A stretch of DNA of 64,000 nt from contig NW_003314280.1 of the NCBI RefSeq assembly GCF_000143415.4, positions 372,001 to 436,000 on the forward strand, given 5' to 3'. Below are positions 62,907-64,000 of the stretch, piece by piece (positions within the stretch are counted from its first letter, which is position 1; each line of letters begins with the position of its first letter). The notes beneath the pieces were generated by a model. It had not been told where the DNA came from. It worked only from the letters and a program-made list of their open reading frames with translations, and did not search any database. The DNA comes from Selaginella moellendorffii. Lineage: Eukaryota; Plantae; Lycopodiophyta. Position numbers and translations under genes: made by a program.

Positions 62907-64000
62907 TCACGAGTACGCATTTGCCAGTAGCACGTACGAGGCAGCGCTCCACGAATCCATGCCAAGAACAGCGGTTCTTTTGGCGAATCCATCCCCTGAT
63001 CCGGCCAGGAAGCATCGCCAATCCACCGCGTCGGCCGCAAAGGGCATGCTGCCGAGCAAATCCCGCGCACACCCAAGGAATCCCCCTCGTGCCAGCAGAT
63101 CGATCACGCACGAGTAGTGGCGCTTGCTCGGATCCAGCCCAAAATCCGCGCTCATGCTCCTCAGCAAGCCCAGCCCAGTGGAGATCCCCCCCGAGTGGCT
63201 GCACGCTCGATTGAGCATCACCAGGAACACGACCGCGTCGGGGGTCTCCTCCAATTGGAGCTCCCGGAACGAATCCAGCGCGCGCGTGTGGGATTGCGCC
63301 GAGATGAGCGCCGTCCACGACGAGAGATTGCGCTCGTGCATCTCGTCAAACAGCTCCTTGGCCCCCCGGGCGTCGCCCTGCGCCGCCATCGCCGAGAGCA
63401 TCGAGTTCCAGGACACGAGATCGCGCTCCTCCATGGCATCGAACACCATCCTGGCCTCGCCCAGCTGCCCCGCGCTGATCAATCCACACAGCAAAACGTT
63501 CACCGACACGAGATTGCGCTGCGGCATGGAGTCGAAGACGCGCCTCCACTGGAGATCATCGCCGCTGTTCTTGGCGTAAGCGGCGAGTAGCGCGTTCCAG
63601 GACACGACGTTCCATCGCTGCATGGAATCAAACGTGCACTGCGCCATCTCGATCTGCCCCCGCTGCGAATACGCAACCAGCATGAGATTCCACGTCACAA
63701 GATTCCTCTCCAGCATTCCCTGGAACACTGCCGCCACCTTTTGCAATTGCCCGTGCAGCCCATACGCAGCCAGCATGGCGTTTCCAGAAACAACATCATG
63801 AACCCTCATGTCACGAAACACACGCTCGGCTTTCAGAACATGCCCACTCGCGGCATATGCAGAGAGCATAGAGTTCCACGAAACCACGTCCCGTTCTTCC
63901 ATGGCGGCAAACACTGCTTCCGCGGAAGCAAGCTCGCCGTTGATGGCGTAACCGGTTAGCATGGCGTTCCAGGAAACTAGGTCGTGCCAGGGCATCGAAT
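62907..64000 (-). CDS. PLS-class pentatricopeptide repeat protein with truncated E domain (5' end outside the window)
   Basis: Repeated 31-aa motifs (DVVSWNSMLSAYAASGHVLKAERVFRDM), then ACSHSGG...DFGLDPSKRHYSCVIDLLARGG...SMPFAADAVDW...AASYVLLANAY. Confidence 0.93.
   Translation of the reverse strand, partial: SMPWHDLVSWNAMLTGYAINGELASAEAVFAAMEERDVVSWNSMLSAYAASGHVLKAERVFRDMRVHDVVSGNAMLAAYGLHGQLQKVAAVFQGMLERNLVTWNLMLVAYSQRGQIEMAQCTFDSMQRWNVVSWNALLAAYAKNSGDDLQWRRVFDSMPQRNLVSVNVLLCGLISAGQLGEARMVFDAMEERDLVSWNSMLSAMAAQGDARGAKELFDEMHERNLSSWTALISAQSHTRALDSFRELQLEETPDAVVFLVMLNRACSHSGGISTGLGLLRSMSADFGLDPSKRHYSCVIDLLARGGFLGCARDLLGSMPFAADAVDWRCFLAGSGDGFAKRTAVLGMDSWSAASYVLLANAYS

Noticed and set aside
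62557-63590. Plus-strand ORFs overlapping the PPR gene
   Set aside because: GC-rich antisense frames of the PPR CDS; the short upstream part has no recognisable domain.

Overview
Eukaryotic plant genomic DNA with two N gaps. Very short introns, a PLS-class PPR gene, TTTAGGG repeats and non-chromovirus Ty3/gypsy elements suggest a lycophyte such as Selaginella; this is inference, not verified. About 1-51.2 kb is a nested transposon island. An old, decayed gypsy pol (H; 6040-6986, 23692-24206, 50539-~51250) is split by two larger insertions. The first is a non-autonomous LTR element B (6987-23691, TSD CTTCA). Its 5' LTR is interrupted by a 10.2-kb TIR DNA transposon (8601-18759, TSD AATA) with a Sola-type DDD transposase. 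The second is a gypsy element C (24207-50538, TSD ATAGC), which hosts a complete TRIM, a complete LARD-like element D and a TRIM/D chimera. The most unusual object is the Sola-like element. Besides its transposase it carries a divergently oriented multi-exon gene with a ParB/Srx-like motif and an FCP1/NIF HAD-phosphatase domain. It is also marked end to end by about 20 copies of a 20-bp palindrome (TGGCATG-N6-CAYGCCA) and has a head-to-head telomere-repeat scar in its transposase. The host region (51-64 kb) contains an intact 4-exon SAM + REase-like + kinase (Crinkler-type) gene, a 6-exon transaldolase/FSA-like gene that appears to lack the catalytic lysine, a PLS PPR gene, and pseudogene fragments (GMP synthase, PPR, possibly P450). 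All domain calls are by eye from motifs; no database searches were run.
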